Of a stretch of 64,000 nt of DNA, positions 40,522 through 51,130 are shown one piece after another. A program made the translations under genes and the position numbers. The notes beneath the pieces were generated by a model. The model had not been told where the DNA came from. It saw only the letters and a program-made list of their open reading frames with translations, and searched no databases. Source of the DNA: Longimicrobiales bacterium (lineage in GTDB: Bacteria > Gemmatimonadota > Gemmatimonadetes > Longimicrobiales > Gaopeijiaceae). The stretch covers positions 64,001-128,000 of the forward strand of contig CBDANQ010000060.1 in the NCBI GenBank assembly GCA_965197725.1. The letters are read 5' to 3'. Within the stretch, counting starts at the first letter, position 1; each line of letters starts with the position of its first letter.

Positions 40522-41802
40522 ATGAGCCACGCGTCCATGAAGCGCCGCGACTTCGCTCGTCTCTTCGCCCTCGGCGGCTCCGCCGCCCTGCTCGGACACC
40601 CGAGCTTAGAAGACTTCCGGCCCGGCCCGCTCTCCAACTCCTTCCTTCGTCCCAGGGCCGTGGATTGGAACGACGTTCGGGCCCAGTTCCTGATGCCGCC
40701 GGACGTGTCGGTCCTGAACGCCGCGAACCTGTGTCCGTCCCCGGCCCGGGTTCTGGAGACGGTCGTCGAGTACACGGAGCGGCTGAACCGCGAGCCCGTG
40801 CCGAGCTACCGGAGCGAGATTGGCGGTTCGAAAGAGCGGACCCGGGAGCTGCTCGCCGATTTCCTACGTGTGACTCCGGAGGAGATCCTCATCACACGCA
40901 ACACGAGTGAAAGCAACAACTGGATATCCAACGGGCTCGACCTCGGTCCTGGCGACGAGGTCCTGATCTTCTCGGACAACCACCCGAGCAACAACGCGGC
41001 CTGGAAGGCGAAGGGAGAACGGTACGGATACACCGTCAAGGAGGTCGCACAGGTCAACCCGCATCCCGGCTTCGAGTACTACGTCGAGGCGTTCGAGCGC
41101 GCCATCACCCGGAACACGAGGGTGATCACGTTCATGCACTTGAGTAACACAGCGGGAGACCTCTTCCCCGCCAAGGAGCTCTGCGCGCTGGCCCGAGACC
41201 GCGAGATCATCTCTATGATCGACGGCGCGCAGTCGTTCGGCCTGATGGATGTCGACCTGTCCGAGATCCAGCCGGACTTTTACACGGGCAGCGCGCACAA
41301 GTGGCCGTGCGGCCCGAAGGAGACCGGAGTCCTGTTTGTGAACGCGCGTGTCCAGGATCGCTTCTGGCCCTCGAGCTACAGCGCCTACCCGGGGAGAACA
41401 GGCATCTCGCGCACGCACGAGGGAATGGGCCAGCGCGACACACCGGCGCTTTATGCCTTCGGCACGCAGATCGAATTCCTGCAGTCGATCGGTCAAGGCG
41501 AGATCGAAGCGCGCAGCCGCGAGTTGGCGAACCAGCTCATCGAAGGCCTCAACGCCATCGACGGGGTGCACATGTGGACCCCGGCCGAACCGGAGCTGCG
41601 AGCGGCCGTCGTCACCTTCCGCCCTGGAGAGCTCGACCCCCGTCAGGTACTCGGGGCGCTCGAGGAAGACGGCATCGTGGCCGCCTCCCGGGGTGGGTCC
41701 GACCGCGGCGGGATCCGCTTCTCGCCCCACTTCTACAACATGGAGGTGGACATCGAGCGCGGGATCGACGCCATCGGCCGCTATATGCGCCGCGGCCTGT
41801 AG
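40522..41802 (+). CDS. Class V PLP aminotransferase (cysteine desulfurase/isopenicillin N epimerase-like), Tat signal
   Basis: KRRDFARL, NTSE, IDGAQSFG, GSAHKWPCGP and IRFSPHFYN. Confidence 0.9.
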   Translation: MSHASMKRRDFARLFALGGSAALLGHPSLEDFRPGPLSNSFLRPRAVDWNDVRAQFLMPPDVSVLNAANLCPSPARVLETVVEYTERLNREPVPSYRSEIGGSKERTRELLADFLRVTPEEILITRNTSESNNWISNGLDLGPGDEVLIFSDNHPSNNAAWKAKGERYGYTVKEVAQVNPHPGFEYYVEAFERAITRNTRVITFMHLSNTAGDLFPAKELCALARDREIISMIDGAQSFGLMDVDLSEIQPDFYTGSAHKWPCGPKETGVLFVNARVQDRFWPSSYSAYPGRTGISRTHEGMGQRDTPALYAFGTQIEFLQSIGQGEIEARSRELANQLIEGLNAIDGVHMWTPAEPELRAAVVTFRPGELDPRQVLGALEEDGIVAASRGGSDRGGIRFSPHFYNMEVDIERGIDAIGRYMRRGL

Positions 41803-42891
41803 CCGACCCGTCCTGTTCCAAGACTCAGCCTAGCCCGGAAGGTCTGAATCGCAAGGGGATTATAACCCTCACCGCCATGCTGTCGCGGCCGACCTGCTGG
41901 GATGACAACGGGCGGATCGGTGGGACCGGAGCACCGCGCTGGCCTGGGATCCGCAGGCGTCGAGCTCGCCTAGCAGACCGTGGATAAAGTCCGGTCATCG
42001 CTGTTGTGTTAAATCAGGAGGACACGAGGGTTTTTGCAGCGAGGACGGCGATGGCGGTAGGCAAGCGGCCCGAGGCTCGGCAGGGCGAGATGTTCGTGGT
42101 GGCGAGCGAGATTCGGGCCTTGGACAACCCGTTCTACTGGGCCTTGAACGAGCTTCTGGCGAAAAGCGGGTTTGACGAGTTCGCGGAAGAGGCATGCCGT
42201 GAGTTCTACGCGGACAATCGGGGTCGGCCGGGGATTGCTCCCGGGGTGTATTTCCGAATGATGATGGTGGGCTACCTGGAAGGGATCGGCTCGGAGCGGG
42301 GCATTGCCTGGCGGTGTGGGGACTCGTTGTCGTTGCGTGAGTTTCTGGGATACGGGTGGGCGAAGAACCCGCCGGAGCATTCGACCCTGTCGAAGACGCG
42401 CAAGCGCCTGAGCGTGGAAGCGCACGCGGCGGTGTTCGGGCGGGTGCTGGAGCTGCTGAAGGGGTCGGGGTTGCTGAGCGGCAAGACGCTGGGCGTCGAC
42501 TCGACGACGCTGGAGGCGAATGCGGCGATGCGCACGATCGTGCGGCGCGACGACGGGTTGGGCTACGATGAATGGCTGGAGCAGGTGGCCCGGGCGTCGG
42601 GGATCGAGACGCCGACGCGCAAGGATCTGACGACGCTGGACCGGAAGCGTCCGAAGAAGGGCTCGAACAAGGACTGGGTGCATCCGCACGACCCGGAGGC
42701 GCGGATCACAAAGATGAAGGACGGCAGGACGCGCCTGGCGCACAAGTTGGAGCAGGCGGTCGACATGGAGACCGGTGCGCTTGTGGCGGTGACGGTGCAG
42801 ACGATGGACGGGGGAGATGTGGCGTCGCTGCCCAACACGCTGGACGAGGCAGAGCGGCAGCTGGAAGTAGTGCAGGTAGAGCCCGAGGAAG

Positions 42892-44348
42892 GAAGCTGTC
42901 CCAACCGTAGTTGAAGGTTCCTGATAGGGGAGAAAGAAAAGTGGTGGCTCCGGGGGTCCCGGGCCGATAGGCTCGGGTAGGCAAAAACCCCAACACGGAG
43001 CCACCACGATGAAGAGAACGTACGAGGTAAGGGATCGGGCGGACAAGCGCGCGATCAGGGAGTTCCTGAAGCGGGAGGGGCAGTTTCTGCTTCCGATGCT
43101 TGAGCTCGTGGAGCAGACGGAGGTCGCGATCGACGAAGTCATCCAGGTGATGGGACGAGCGACGATCGAAGCGGTGCTGGAGATGAGCGCCGAGGGTGTG
43201 GCAGGCGTGAAGCAGGCAGGTCGGTCACGAGCGGAAGACGACACGGTGTGGTATGGCCGGCAGGGTGGTGTGGTTTACCTGTCGGACCGGAAGGTGCGTG
43301 TGGAGCGGCCACGGCTCAGGCGCCGGGGCGCCGGGGAGGGTGGCGAGGTCGAGGTGCCGGCGTACGCAGCGATGCGGAGACCGGGCGCCGTGGCGGATCG
43401 GATGCTCGAGGTCCTGATGGCGGGGGTGAGCACGCGAAAGTACGGCCGTGTGATCGGTGAGATGGCCGACACGGTCGGGGTGAGCAAGTCGGCGGTGAGC
43501 CGTGAGACGGTCGAGGCCTCGGAGCGCGTGCTGAAGGAGCTGATGGAGCGCCGGCTGGATGCGTGGGACCTCCTGGTGATCTACCTGGACGGGATCCAGA
43601 TGGGCTCGCACCACGTGCTTGCTGCGGTAGGCGTGGACTCAGACGGAAAGAAGCACGTGCTGGGCGTGAGGGAAGGAGCGAGTGAGAACGCCGAGGTGAC
43701 CAGCGCGCTCCTAGAGGATCTGGTCGAGCGCGGCCTGGACCCGGGCAGGCGGCGGCTGTTCGTGATCGATGGCTCGAAAGCGCTCAGGAAGGCGATCGAG
43801 AAGGTGTTCGGCCAACGTCACCCCATCCAGCGCTGCCGCAACCACAAGCTCCGCAACGTGCTGGGTCATCTGCCGAAGGATCAGCATCCTCAGGTGAAGG
43901 CGGCGTTCCGGGCGGCGATGAAGCTGGACGCGAAGCAGGGCGAGCAGAAGCTCGAGCAGCTCGCCCGATGGCTCGAGCGCGACCACCCCTCGGCCGCAGC
44001 CAGCCTGCGCGAAGGCCTCAGCGAGATGTTCACCATAAACCGGCTCGGCCTCCCACCGCGGCTGAGGAAGTGCCTGGGCTCGACCAACCTGATCGACAGC
44101 ACCCACTCGGGCGTAAGACGGAAGACCCGCAGGGTGACTAACTGGAAGAACGGAGCGATGGCCTTGCGCTGGGCTGCGGCCTCGTTCGTGGAAACCGAGA
44201 AGAGCTACCGGAGGATCATCGGCTACGACCAGCTCTGGATGCTCAGGGCCCACCTCGACGACCATGAACCGGTTGCCGAAATGAGAAAGACAGGCTAACC
44301 AAGAGACTCTCCGGCGCCACCACCTTCAACTGTCAGCGGGACACCATC
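42892..44348 (+). mobile_element. Complete IS256-family element, 1457 bp, 8-bp duplication CGAGGAAG
   Basis: Imperfect 26-bp IRs; duplication at 42884-42891 and 44349-44356. Confidence 0.96.
43009..44298 (+). CDS. IS256 transposase, intact
   Basis: GVSTR, IYLDG, GKKHVLG, DGSKAL and QRCRNHK. Confidence 0.95.
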   Translation: MKRTYEVRDRADKRAIREFLKREGQFLLPMLELVEQTEVAIDEVIQVMGRATIEAVLEMSAEGVAGVKQAGRSRAEDDTVWYGRQGGVVYLSDRKVRVERPRLRRRGAGEGGEVEVPAYAAMRRPGAVADRMLEVLMAGVSTRKYGRVIGEMADTVGVSKSAVSRETVEASERVLKELMERRLDAWDLLVIYLDGIQMGSHHVLAAVGVDSDGKKHVLGVREGASENAEVTSALLEDLVERGLDPGRRRLFVIDGSKALRKAIEKVFGQRHPIQRCRNHKLRNVLGHLPKDQHPQVKAAFRAAMKLDAKQGEQKLEQLARWLERDHPSAAASLREGLSEMFTINRLGLPPRLRKCLGSTNLIDSTHSGVRRKTRRVTNWKNGAMALRWAAASFVETEKSYRRIIGYDQLWMLRAHLDDHEPVAEMRKTG

Positions 44349-45094
44349 CGAGGAAGTGGTGGCCGACAAAGGCTACCACTCGAACAAGACCATGACGGGC
44401 GTGAAGGAGCGGGAGCTGCGCAGCTATGTGAGCGAGCCCAACCGCGGGCGCCGGAAATGGAAGAACAACCGGGACGCGCAGACGCCGACCTACGACAACC
44501 GCCGCCGGATCCGCGGCAACCGGGGGATGCGGCTGCTGCGCCAGCGCGGCGAGAAGGTGGAGCGGGGGTTTGCGCACTTGCTTGTGACCGGAGGGCTGCG
44601 TCGCGTCCACATACGGGGCCAGGAGGAGATTCGAAAACGGATGTTGATCCACGCGGCGGCCTTCAACCTCGGCCTTCTCATGCGCAAGCGGTTCGGGGTT
44701 GGAACCCCCCGTGCGTTACAGGGCCTCGCTACCGTACAAGCTGCGCTCGCAACTCAGGTTACAACCCGCGTCTCGCGCTTTTTCCGCCGTATTCGGCGCT
44801 ATTTCGCCTTCCTTGGGCCGAATATCGCCTCGTCAGACCCCAAAACCCGCTTCTTGCACAACAACACAGCCCCCGCGTGTCTGCCTTCTCTCCCACCCAT
44901 CATCCGCTGGGAACCTATTTCTTCCACGGACTGCTAGAGACTCCTTATGGGTGTTATAGCCCGCTGTCTCTTCGACTAACAACTCCGGTGGGCGTTCGTG
45001 CGTGGCTCCGAACTGAGGACAGCTTCCCGCGTCCCCGGAAGGGGTGTAGGCGGTAAGCGCGAAGACAAGGGGTTCGGTGGATGACAAAAGTGCT

Positions 45095-47356
45095 TCAGAA
45101 CCGAAGAAGATGTGTGATTTTGACCGCCAACGTACGGTCTTGCAGTTCGGGGAACCCCTGCCTTGACGTGTCCCGGCTGTCGCTGTAGACCAAGAACAGC
45201 TCGCTACCGGGAGAGTACTCCCAGCGGAGTCGCACGTTGGAGCTCCATGCGCTGTTCCTGGAGTTGTATTGTATCAGGCTGCTCAGAGCGCTGCGGGCTG
45301 AGGGGGCGAAGATGGCGCGCGCCGTGACGAGCCGCGTGTTGAAGCCTCCTTCAGCGAGGTCCACCCAGTTCTGCGACAGGCTGGGTTCGAGCGAGAATCG
45401 CGGGGAGATCTCGATCCGGCCGCTATAGCCGATCGCGGTTCGGTCGCCATCGAAGAAGCTGCCATACTCGGCATTGAGGCGCCCGCTAAGGCGATGCTGC
45501 TGGTTAATCGAATACGTGGTACTCACTGCTCCGAAGCGATACGCGCCCACCGGGATCACCACGTCTTGGGCGATTTGAAAATCACTGTCGAGGAACTCGT
45601 ACCGGTGCGTGTACTGGACATCCCACATATCGCCGCTCTCCAGCTCCGTCCGGAACAGGCCCTGCGCCTCGCGACTTTCGAGGAGGTTGCCGCTCTCATC
45701 AGTCACGTGATTGACGCTGGCCTGCCAGACCAGCCTCCGAATCGAGCGGCTCGAGAAAAGCCGAGGGCTGAAGCGCACCTGAGCCGAGTTCAGCCGGAAG
45801 TCGTCGCGGCGCAGGAAGCCGATCTCGGGGTTGAATGCGTCGCCAACCATCAGGTGTCCGATCTGGAGGCCGTAGCGGTCACCGTTGTAGGCAACCTGCG
45901 CGCGGTAGCTCGCGTCGTCACCCACGCCCTTCGGTGTGCTGCTCCTGGCGTAATAGCTGGTGATCTCCCAGTCCGTCAGAAATAGAAATTGGGCGTCCAG
46001 TCCCAAAACCGTGTTCGAGCCGTCCTGGCTGATCATGCGCGTACGGTGCGTGGCGATGAGCCCGATACTGCTGCGGCTCAGGATCTCACGCTTGACCCGT
46101 ACCACCGAGAAATTCGTAGGCAGAGCCCCTACGTTCGGAGCATCTCCAGTCTGAACGTTGAGGGCGCCCACCGTGACGGGGCCTGCCTTTCCGATCAGCC
46201 GGGCGCCGGCCCGCACCGGTATGGCCTCCCCCTCACTCAGGCCGATCCGCCGGCTGAAGAACATCACCGGAACGTCGGGGTTGCCACCTCTACCGCCGCC
46301 ACCTCCACCACCACCGCCACCGCCTCTACCTCTACCTCCACCGCCACCGAAGCCGAAGATGCCGCGACCTTCCAGGAAGAACTCCCGCTTCTCCGGAAAA
46401 GATTGACTGAACCGCGTCAGGTTTATCTGCTCCTCGTCGGCTTCGACTTGGGCGAAGTCAGTGTTGACCGTGAGGTTCGCGATGAGGCTCTGTGTCAGCC
46501 CGTACTTGAGGTCAGCGCCGATGTCGCCTGTCGCGCGGTTCGAGATGGGCTCTACTGCATCCAGGTCCGTCGTCATCGCTGAGATAGCGTACGGCTTGAA
46601 TTCGACGTCGATCGACTTGTCCGGTGTCTCGAGGCCCACGAGGGTGGCATGCGACGACATCCTGAAGATTCCGAAGTGGCCGGAGGAAGCCGATATCGGC
46701 GTCAGGAATGACACCTCATTCTTCCAAATCACGGTTCGGCGCATGTTGAAGCCCCAGACCTGCGGTCCTGATCCGGCGTAGCGCAAGGATCTGAAGGGGA
46801 TGACCATCTCGAAGGTCCACCCTTGGTCGAATCGCCCCGCCCTTACCTCCCATACCGGGTTCCAGTCCGTGTTCGGGTTGCCCTCGTCCGTGACTTCCAA
46901 GTCGCGCAACACCCCGAGTGGATTTGTCTGAAAGTAGAACCCGTTCCGGTTGTCATTGAACGTGTCGAAAACAATGGCGATGTTTTGGCCTTGGTTGATC
47001 TGGCGCCCATCGCGCCGCAACTCACTGGCCACCATCCGTTCGGGTTGACTGTCCCAGGCGCGGGCGGAGACGTAGATGTTCCGGTCGTCGAAGAAGATCC
47101 ACGCTTCGGTCTTCTCCGTGGCCGCCTCGCCCTCGAGCGGCAGCTGCTGGATGAAGTCGTCAGCCGGAGGCACCACGCCGTAGATGAGCTCGTCCAGCCG
47201 GCCGTCGGTACGCAGGGGCTCTTCCAAGCGAATCGCCCGCAGCGTCACCCTCCCGTCGCTGTCACGCGTCAATGTCGGCTCGACGCTCCGAGCTGGAGCA
47301 GGAGGCGCCGGGTCGGTGGGGGGCGACGAGATCTGGGCCAGACCGCGAGCGGGCAT
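45095..47356 (-). CDS. DUF5916-type outer-membrane protein with CBM9-like N-domain (start uncertain)
   Basis: DGRLDE, DTFND, EMVIPFRSLRY, VNTDFAQVEAD and PEKREFFLEG; ends HLLRF. Confidence 0.85.
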   Translation of the reverse strand: MPARGLAQISSPPTDPAPPAPARSVEPTLTRDSDGRVTLRAIRLEEPLRTDGRLDELIYGVVPPADDFIQQLPLEGEAATEKTEAWIFFDDRNIYVSARAWDSQPERMVASELRRDGRQINQGQNIAIVFDTFNDNRNGFYFQTNPLGVLRDLEVTDEGNPNTDWNPVWEVRAGRFDQGWTFEMVIPFRSLRYAGSGPQVWGFNMRRTVIWKNEVSFLTPISASSGHFGIFRMSSHATLVGLETPDKSIDVEFKPYAISAMTTDLDAVEPISNRATGDIGADLKYGLTQSLIANLTVNTDFAQVEADEEQINLTRFSQSFPEKREFFLEGRGIFGFGGGGGRGRGGGGGGGGGGGRGGNPDVPVMFFSRRIGLSEGEAIPVRAGARLIGKAGPVTVGALNVQTGDAPNVGALPTNFSVVRVKREILSRSSIGLIATHRTRMISQDGSNTVLGLDAQFLFLTDWEITSYYARSSTPKGVGDDASYRAQVAYNGDRYGLQIGHLMVGDAFNPEIGFLRRDDFRLNSAQVRFSPRLFSSRSIRRLVWQASVNHVTDESGNLLESREAQGLFRTELESGDMWDVQYTHRYEFLDSDFQIAQDVVIPVGAYRFGAVSTTYSINQQHRLSGRLNAEYGSFFDGDRTAIGYSGRIEISPRFSLEPSLSQNWVDLAEGGFNTRLVTARAIFAPSARSALSSLIQYNSRNSAWSSNVRLRWEYSPGSELFLVYSDSRDTSRQGFPELQDRTLAVKITHLLRF

Positions 47357-48031
47357 GAACGCCCAGCCAGCCGCGCATAGGAGCGTCGCCGCGAGGTGCG
47401 AGGGGACCCGCGCCTGGTGATTTCTGTAGGCTGGCACGATTCGATGACGAGGGTGGTGTCGAAGGGGGCCATGTCGGGGTTCTCGACACTGAGCTGATCG
47501 GCTACCTAGACGGTGGTAACACCACCCTCCCCGAGCTCGAGCCCGATGCGGTCGCAGCCTTGAGGGTGGCGTGTCAGTGAGGTCGTTGGACATCACTATC
47601 CGGTCAGAGGCTCAGTAAGGCACAAAGGCAAGATCCAAGCGGCAGCCGGGCGGCACAAGGAAGCGGGGGTGTCCGAACCCGTCCACGTACGGCGAGACGC
47701 GGCATGGGACCACGAACCCCCACGCGGCAATTTTTTGGGTTGGATTTTATACTCAGTGAGTATTCTTTGGATGAGCATCACGTGAGATGGTTGTGGCCTC
47801 ACACGCCTTAGACGCATTTTGTCTGCCACGTTCGCTGCCGTCGCCCGCCTGAACGCGGCGCTAGAGGGCCGCTACCGCGTAGATAGAGGGGTGCCCAATT
47901 GAAGGCTCAGATCCCCTGGCTGCGCGTCTTCGTGGAAGGCGTGGTGATCGTGGGCTCGATCCTGCTGGCGGTTGTGTTAGAAGGAGCGGGGGGTCCGTGA
48001 TTCGCCATCCTGTTGATTCAGGAAAGGCCGT

Positions 48032-48355
48032 TTGATGGCGTACTACTTGGTTGAAGCGGTGGCTAAGAAGGACCGTCTCTCAGAGCTTGGGGAACGGCTA
48101 GGGAGAGACGAGTTCCTTCACCTGAGGCCGTTCGGTGTCTCCGTCACGTTCGCGCTGCGTGGCGCGCGCCAGCGACCCGACGGAGGAGTGGTATGGGAGG
48201 AAGAAGACTACTGCTCCCCGCCGCTCGCCCAGGGACGTGCGGCAGTACTCGACGAATACTTTGAAGACCTTTGTGTGACATCCGTGCAAAAGCACGAGGG
48301 TTGGGCTCAGATCCGCGATCTGCCGCCACTCTTTCCTGAGTTGATCGACGAGTAG
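48032..48355 (+). CDS. Hypothetical protein (WEEEDYCSPPL family)
   Basis: 107-aa ORF with RBS; looks like a conserved small protein. Confidence 0.65.
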   Translation: MMAYYLVEAVAKKDRLSELGERLGRDEFLHLRPFGVSVTFALRGARQRPDGGVVWEEEDYCSPPLAQGRAAVLDEYFEDLCVTSVQKHEGWAQIRDLPPLFPELIDE

Positions 48356-48442
48356 CGCCTAACGCCGCTTAGCCCCCACTCATGCCTACCCGCATCCCGC
48401 ACCGCAGCCTCCTGTAGCATCCACTCAGGCCAGGAGCACCGC

Positions 48443-48607
48443 ATGGAGATTCCGCAGGACACGTACCAGGCTATCGAGAACGAGATCGCCAGCGATGACA
48501 GCCCGGTTGGGATCGATGCCAAGAAGACTCACATCATGATCCTTCATCAGCTTCGCGAGATTGATGAGCGTCTGAAGAGGATCGAGGACGTGTTGGAGGC
48601 GACGTAG
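48443..48607 (+). CDS. Small hypothetical protein (54 aa) missing from the ORF track
   Basis: AGGAG RBS; MEIPQDTYQAIENEIASDDSPVGIDAKKTHIMILHQLREIDERLKRIEDVLEAT. Confidence 0.65.
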   Translation: MEIPQDTYQAIENEIASDDSPVGIDAKKTHIMILHQLREIDERLKRIEDVLEAT

Positions 48608-48659
48608 GACGGATCTCTGACGGGCCACCCGCTTCGGGCGATGCTCGTTCTCGACGGCC

Positions 48660-50900
48660 TCATCTCAGCACATCGAATTGCCGTGAATATTTGATGATGA
48701 AGTTGCGCCGGATCGGCCCTAGGCCCTCTAGCGCCTGCGTCTCGTTGTACACGATGAACAGACCGCTCCCGGCGCCCGCCTGGTTCAACAATCCGAAGCG
48801 CAAGTTCCCGCTCCAGTTCTCGACTCGGTCGTTGTACTGGATGAGAGATTGGAAGTTGACTCGCGGCGAAAAGCTGTAGTTGAAGCGCGCCTGCACCAGA
48901 TTCGTAGTGAAGTCACCCCACGGGAGACTGATGTCGCGACGGCTCCATCCGATCTCCGTGTTAAGGCTGGATCCGCCCCGTACCCTCAAGGTCGAGTCGA
49001 ACGAGGTCTGGGTCCCAGCCAGGAACTCTCCGAGCGCGAAGCGTGAGCCGGCGGACAGCGTGCGACTCTGGTCCGACCTCAGCTGCAAGTCGGTCTCCCA
49101 GTATGTGTATTGCCCGGCAGGCACGACCACGCCCGGCGAAACCTCGAAGTCCTCCTGAAAACCCTCCCACTCGATATCGATGGCGGGAGCGATAAACCAC
49201 CCATTCTCGAAGTCGATGTGGTTGTCGATGTGCCAGGTCTGGCCCTCCCGAAACCCGTCGAGATCCCAGAACGTGGTCAGTTGGGTGTGTGGACGCAGCT
49301 CGCGGAGCCACGAAATGCTGGGCGTCCGATATCTCCAGAAAATGCGGTAGTCCGTCGATCGAAAAGCGCTTCGCCTTAGGAATCCAACTTCCGGGTTGAA
49401 GTCGTCCCCGACCTGTGTGTATTCGATATGGCTGTCCAGCCCTCCCCGCCCGTACCCTACACGCGCGTTGTAGGCCATTTCGTCGCCGGTTCGGCCCGGA
49501 GTCTCGGTGCGCGCGAGGAAACCACGAACGTCCACGTTATCGCCGAGCCCCACTTTGCCGTCCACGCCGAATGTGCGGTTCAGGTCATCGGCGGCCGCCC
49601 CCCCCCCAGCCGCGTCTCGACTGACGATGATCCCCCCGAGGCTCGACCGATTGGGGAGTTCACGGCTGACCCGTGCCACCGCGAAGTTGTTCTTGGGTAG
49701 CAAATTGGGCTCACCGAGCTCACCGGGCACCGCGTCCGTCTGCATCATCAGGAAGCCGACATTCGTCCCTCCGGCGCGGCCGCTGAGACGTGCGCCACCC
49801 GCGATGGGTACGGGCGCGCCGTCTGGGCCGATGCCGATCCGCCGGCTGAAGAAAAGATCGACGCCAGACTTGCCCGCCGCCAACTGACCGGCGTTCTCGA
49901 GGAAGAACGGACGCTTTTCCGGAAAGCGTACGTTGAACCGAGTAAGGTTGATCACCTGCTCGTCGACTTCGACCTGGGCGAAATCGGTATTGTAGGTGAG
50001 GTCCAGGGTCAGGCTGGGAGTCACCCCGAACTTGGTGTCGAGACCGATAGACCCGTCGGCATCCGGCTCGGTTTGCGTGGGGTCGTCATACGCACGCGCG
50101 ATTGAACCGATCGTATACGGGGTGGCCTTGAAGTTTCGTGGCTCATCGAGCTCCAGACCGTGCAGTTCACCAGCCGAGGAAAGGCGATAGAGGTTGTAGA
50201 GGCGTCCGATCGGCGCCCAGAAAACCTGTTCACGCTTGCGCCGAATGCTGCGCTGGAAGTTCACGCCCCAGACCTGGGGCTTGGCCCCGTACCGAAGGCT
50301 GCGAAGGGGAATCTCGAATTCCGCGGTCCAGCCCACGTCGGTCACCCGTGTTCGGACCGTCCAACTGGCGTCCCAGTTCCTGTTGAAGCCGGATCCGGAG
50401 CCTACGGTCGCTCTTGTCCTGCCGCCGCCGCCGCCCTGACCCTCGTTGCTGACCTGACCATCGTACTCGATACCCGCCGGGTTGGTCCCAAAGACGAGGC
50501 CGTTCTGTAGATCGTGGTAGGTGTCGAAAATGACCTGGAACGAGTCCATGTCGCCTAGCCCGGAGTCGCGACGGCTGTCGGTCACCAGGATTCTGTCCGG
50601 CTCGCTATCGTAGAGGATTGCACCGATGTAGAGCGCGCGCCCATCATACAGGATGCGAACCTCCGTTTTCTCTGACGCGGGCCGGCCCTCCACAGGCTCC
50701 TGCTGAACGAAGCCCGTGATCGGTTGGGCCCTGGCCCAAACGGCGTCATCGATCAGGCCGTCGATGGTCGGTCCGTTTTCGACGAACGTCGCGTTGCCGA
50801 TCCGGCTCCCATTTTGCGCCGAAAGATTGGAAGTGGTCAGGCATGCCGCGGCCGCGATCACGATCAACATGCGCGGCAGGTTCACTAGCAGCAGGTTCAC
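48660..50900 (-). CDS. Second DUF5916-type outer-membrane protein
   Basis: IDGLIDD, DTYHD, FEIPLRSLRY, YNTDFAQVEVD and PEKRPFFLEN; GTG 50900 after GAAAGGA. Confidence 0.85.
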   Translation of the reverse strand: MNLLLVNLPRMLIVIAAAACLTTSNLSAQNGSRIGNATFVENGPTIDGLIDDAVWARAQPITGFVQQEPVEGRPASEKTEVRILYDGRALYIGAILYDSEPDRILVTDSRRDSGLGDMDSFQVIFDTYHDLQNGLVFGTNPAGIEYDGQVSNEGQGGGGGRTRATVGSGSGFNRNWDASWTVRTRVTDVGWTAEFEIPLRSLRYGAKPQVWGVNFQRSIRRKREQVFWAPIGRLYNLYRLSSAGELHGLELDEPRNFKATPYTIGSIARAYDDPTQTEPDADGSIGLDTKFGVTPSLTLDLTYNTDFAQVEVDEQVINLTRFNVRFPEKRPFFLENAGQLAAGKSGVDLFFSRRIGIGPDGAPVPIAGGARLSGRAGGTNVGFLMMQTDAVPGELGEPNLLPKNNFAVARVSRELPNRSSLGGIIVSRDAAGGGAAADDLNRTFGVDGKVGLGDNVDVRGFLARTETPGRTGDEMAYNARVGYGRGGLDSHIEYTQVGDDFNPEVGFLRRSAFRSTDYRIFWRYRTPSISWLRELRPHTQLTTFWDLDGFREGQTWHIDNHIDFENGWFIAPAIDIEWEGFQEDFEVSPGVVVPAGQYTYWETDLQLRSDQSRTLSAGSRFALGEFLAGTQTSFDSTLRVRGGSSLNTEIGWSRRDISLPWGDFTTNLVQARFNYSFSPRVNFQSLIQYNDRVENWSGNLRFGLLNQAGAGSGLFIVYNETQALEGLGPIRRNFIIKYSRQFDVLR

Positions 50901-51130
50901 TTTGGATACGATCCTTTCTGCTTCATGATGTTGGATCAGCCGCCTTGAAGGGGGGGGGCGTCGGCCCAATTGTACCAACTGCGGCTCCCCACACAAGGCG
51001 AAAGCCCCTACGGTCGCGATGATGCTCGCGCCCGTATCAGACCCATCCGAAGCGCCTCCGAGCCGGGCCCCACGACCGCGAGGCGGATACAGCCCTGAGC
51101 TCCCGTCTGCGGCCACCCGAGGGGTGCTAG

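Larger units (their letters stand above)
41974..44933 (+). mobile_element. IS1182/IS5-like copy 2, CTAG duplication, transposase split by IS256
   Basis: CTAG at 41970-41973 and 44934-44937; 2960 bp = 1495 + 1457 + 8. Confidence 0.94.

Noticed and set aside
45017..45027. GGACAGCTTC matching the IS256 left tip
   Set aside because: Only 10 bp; could be chance
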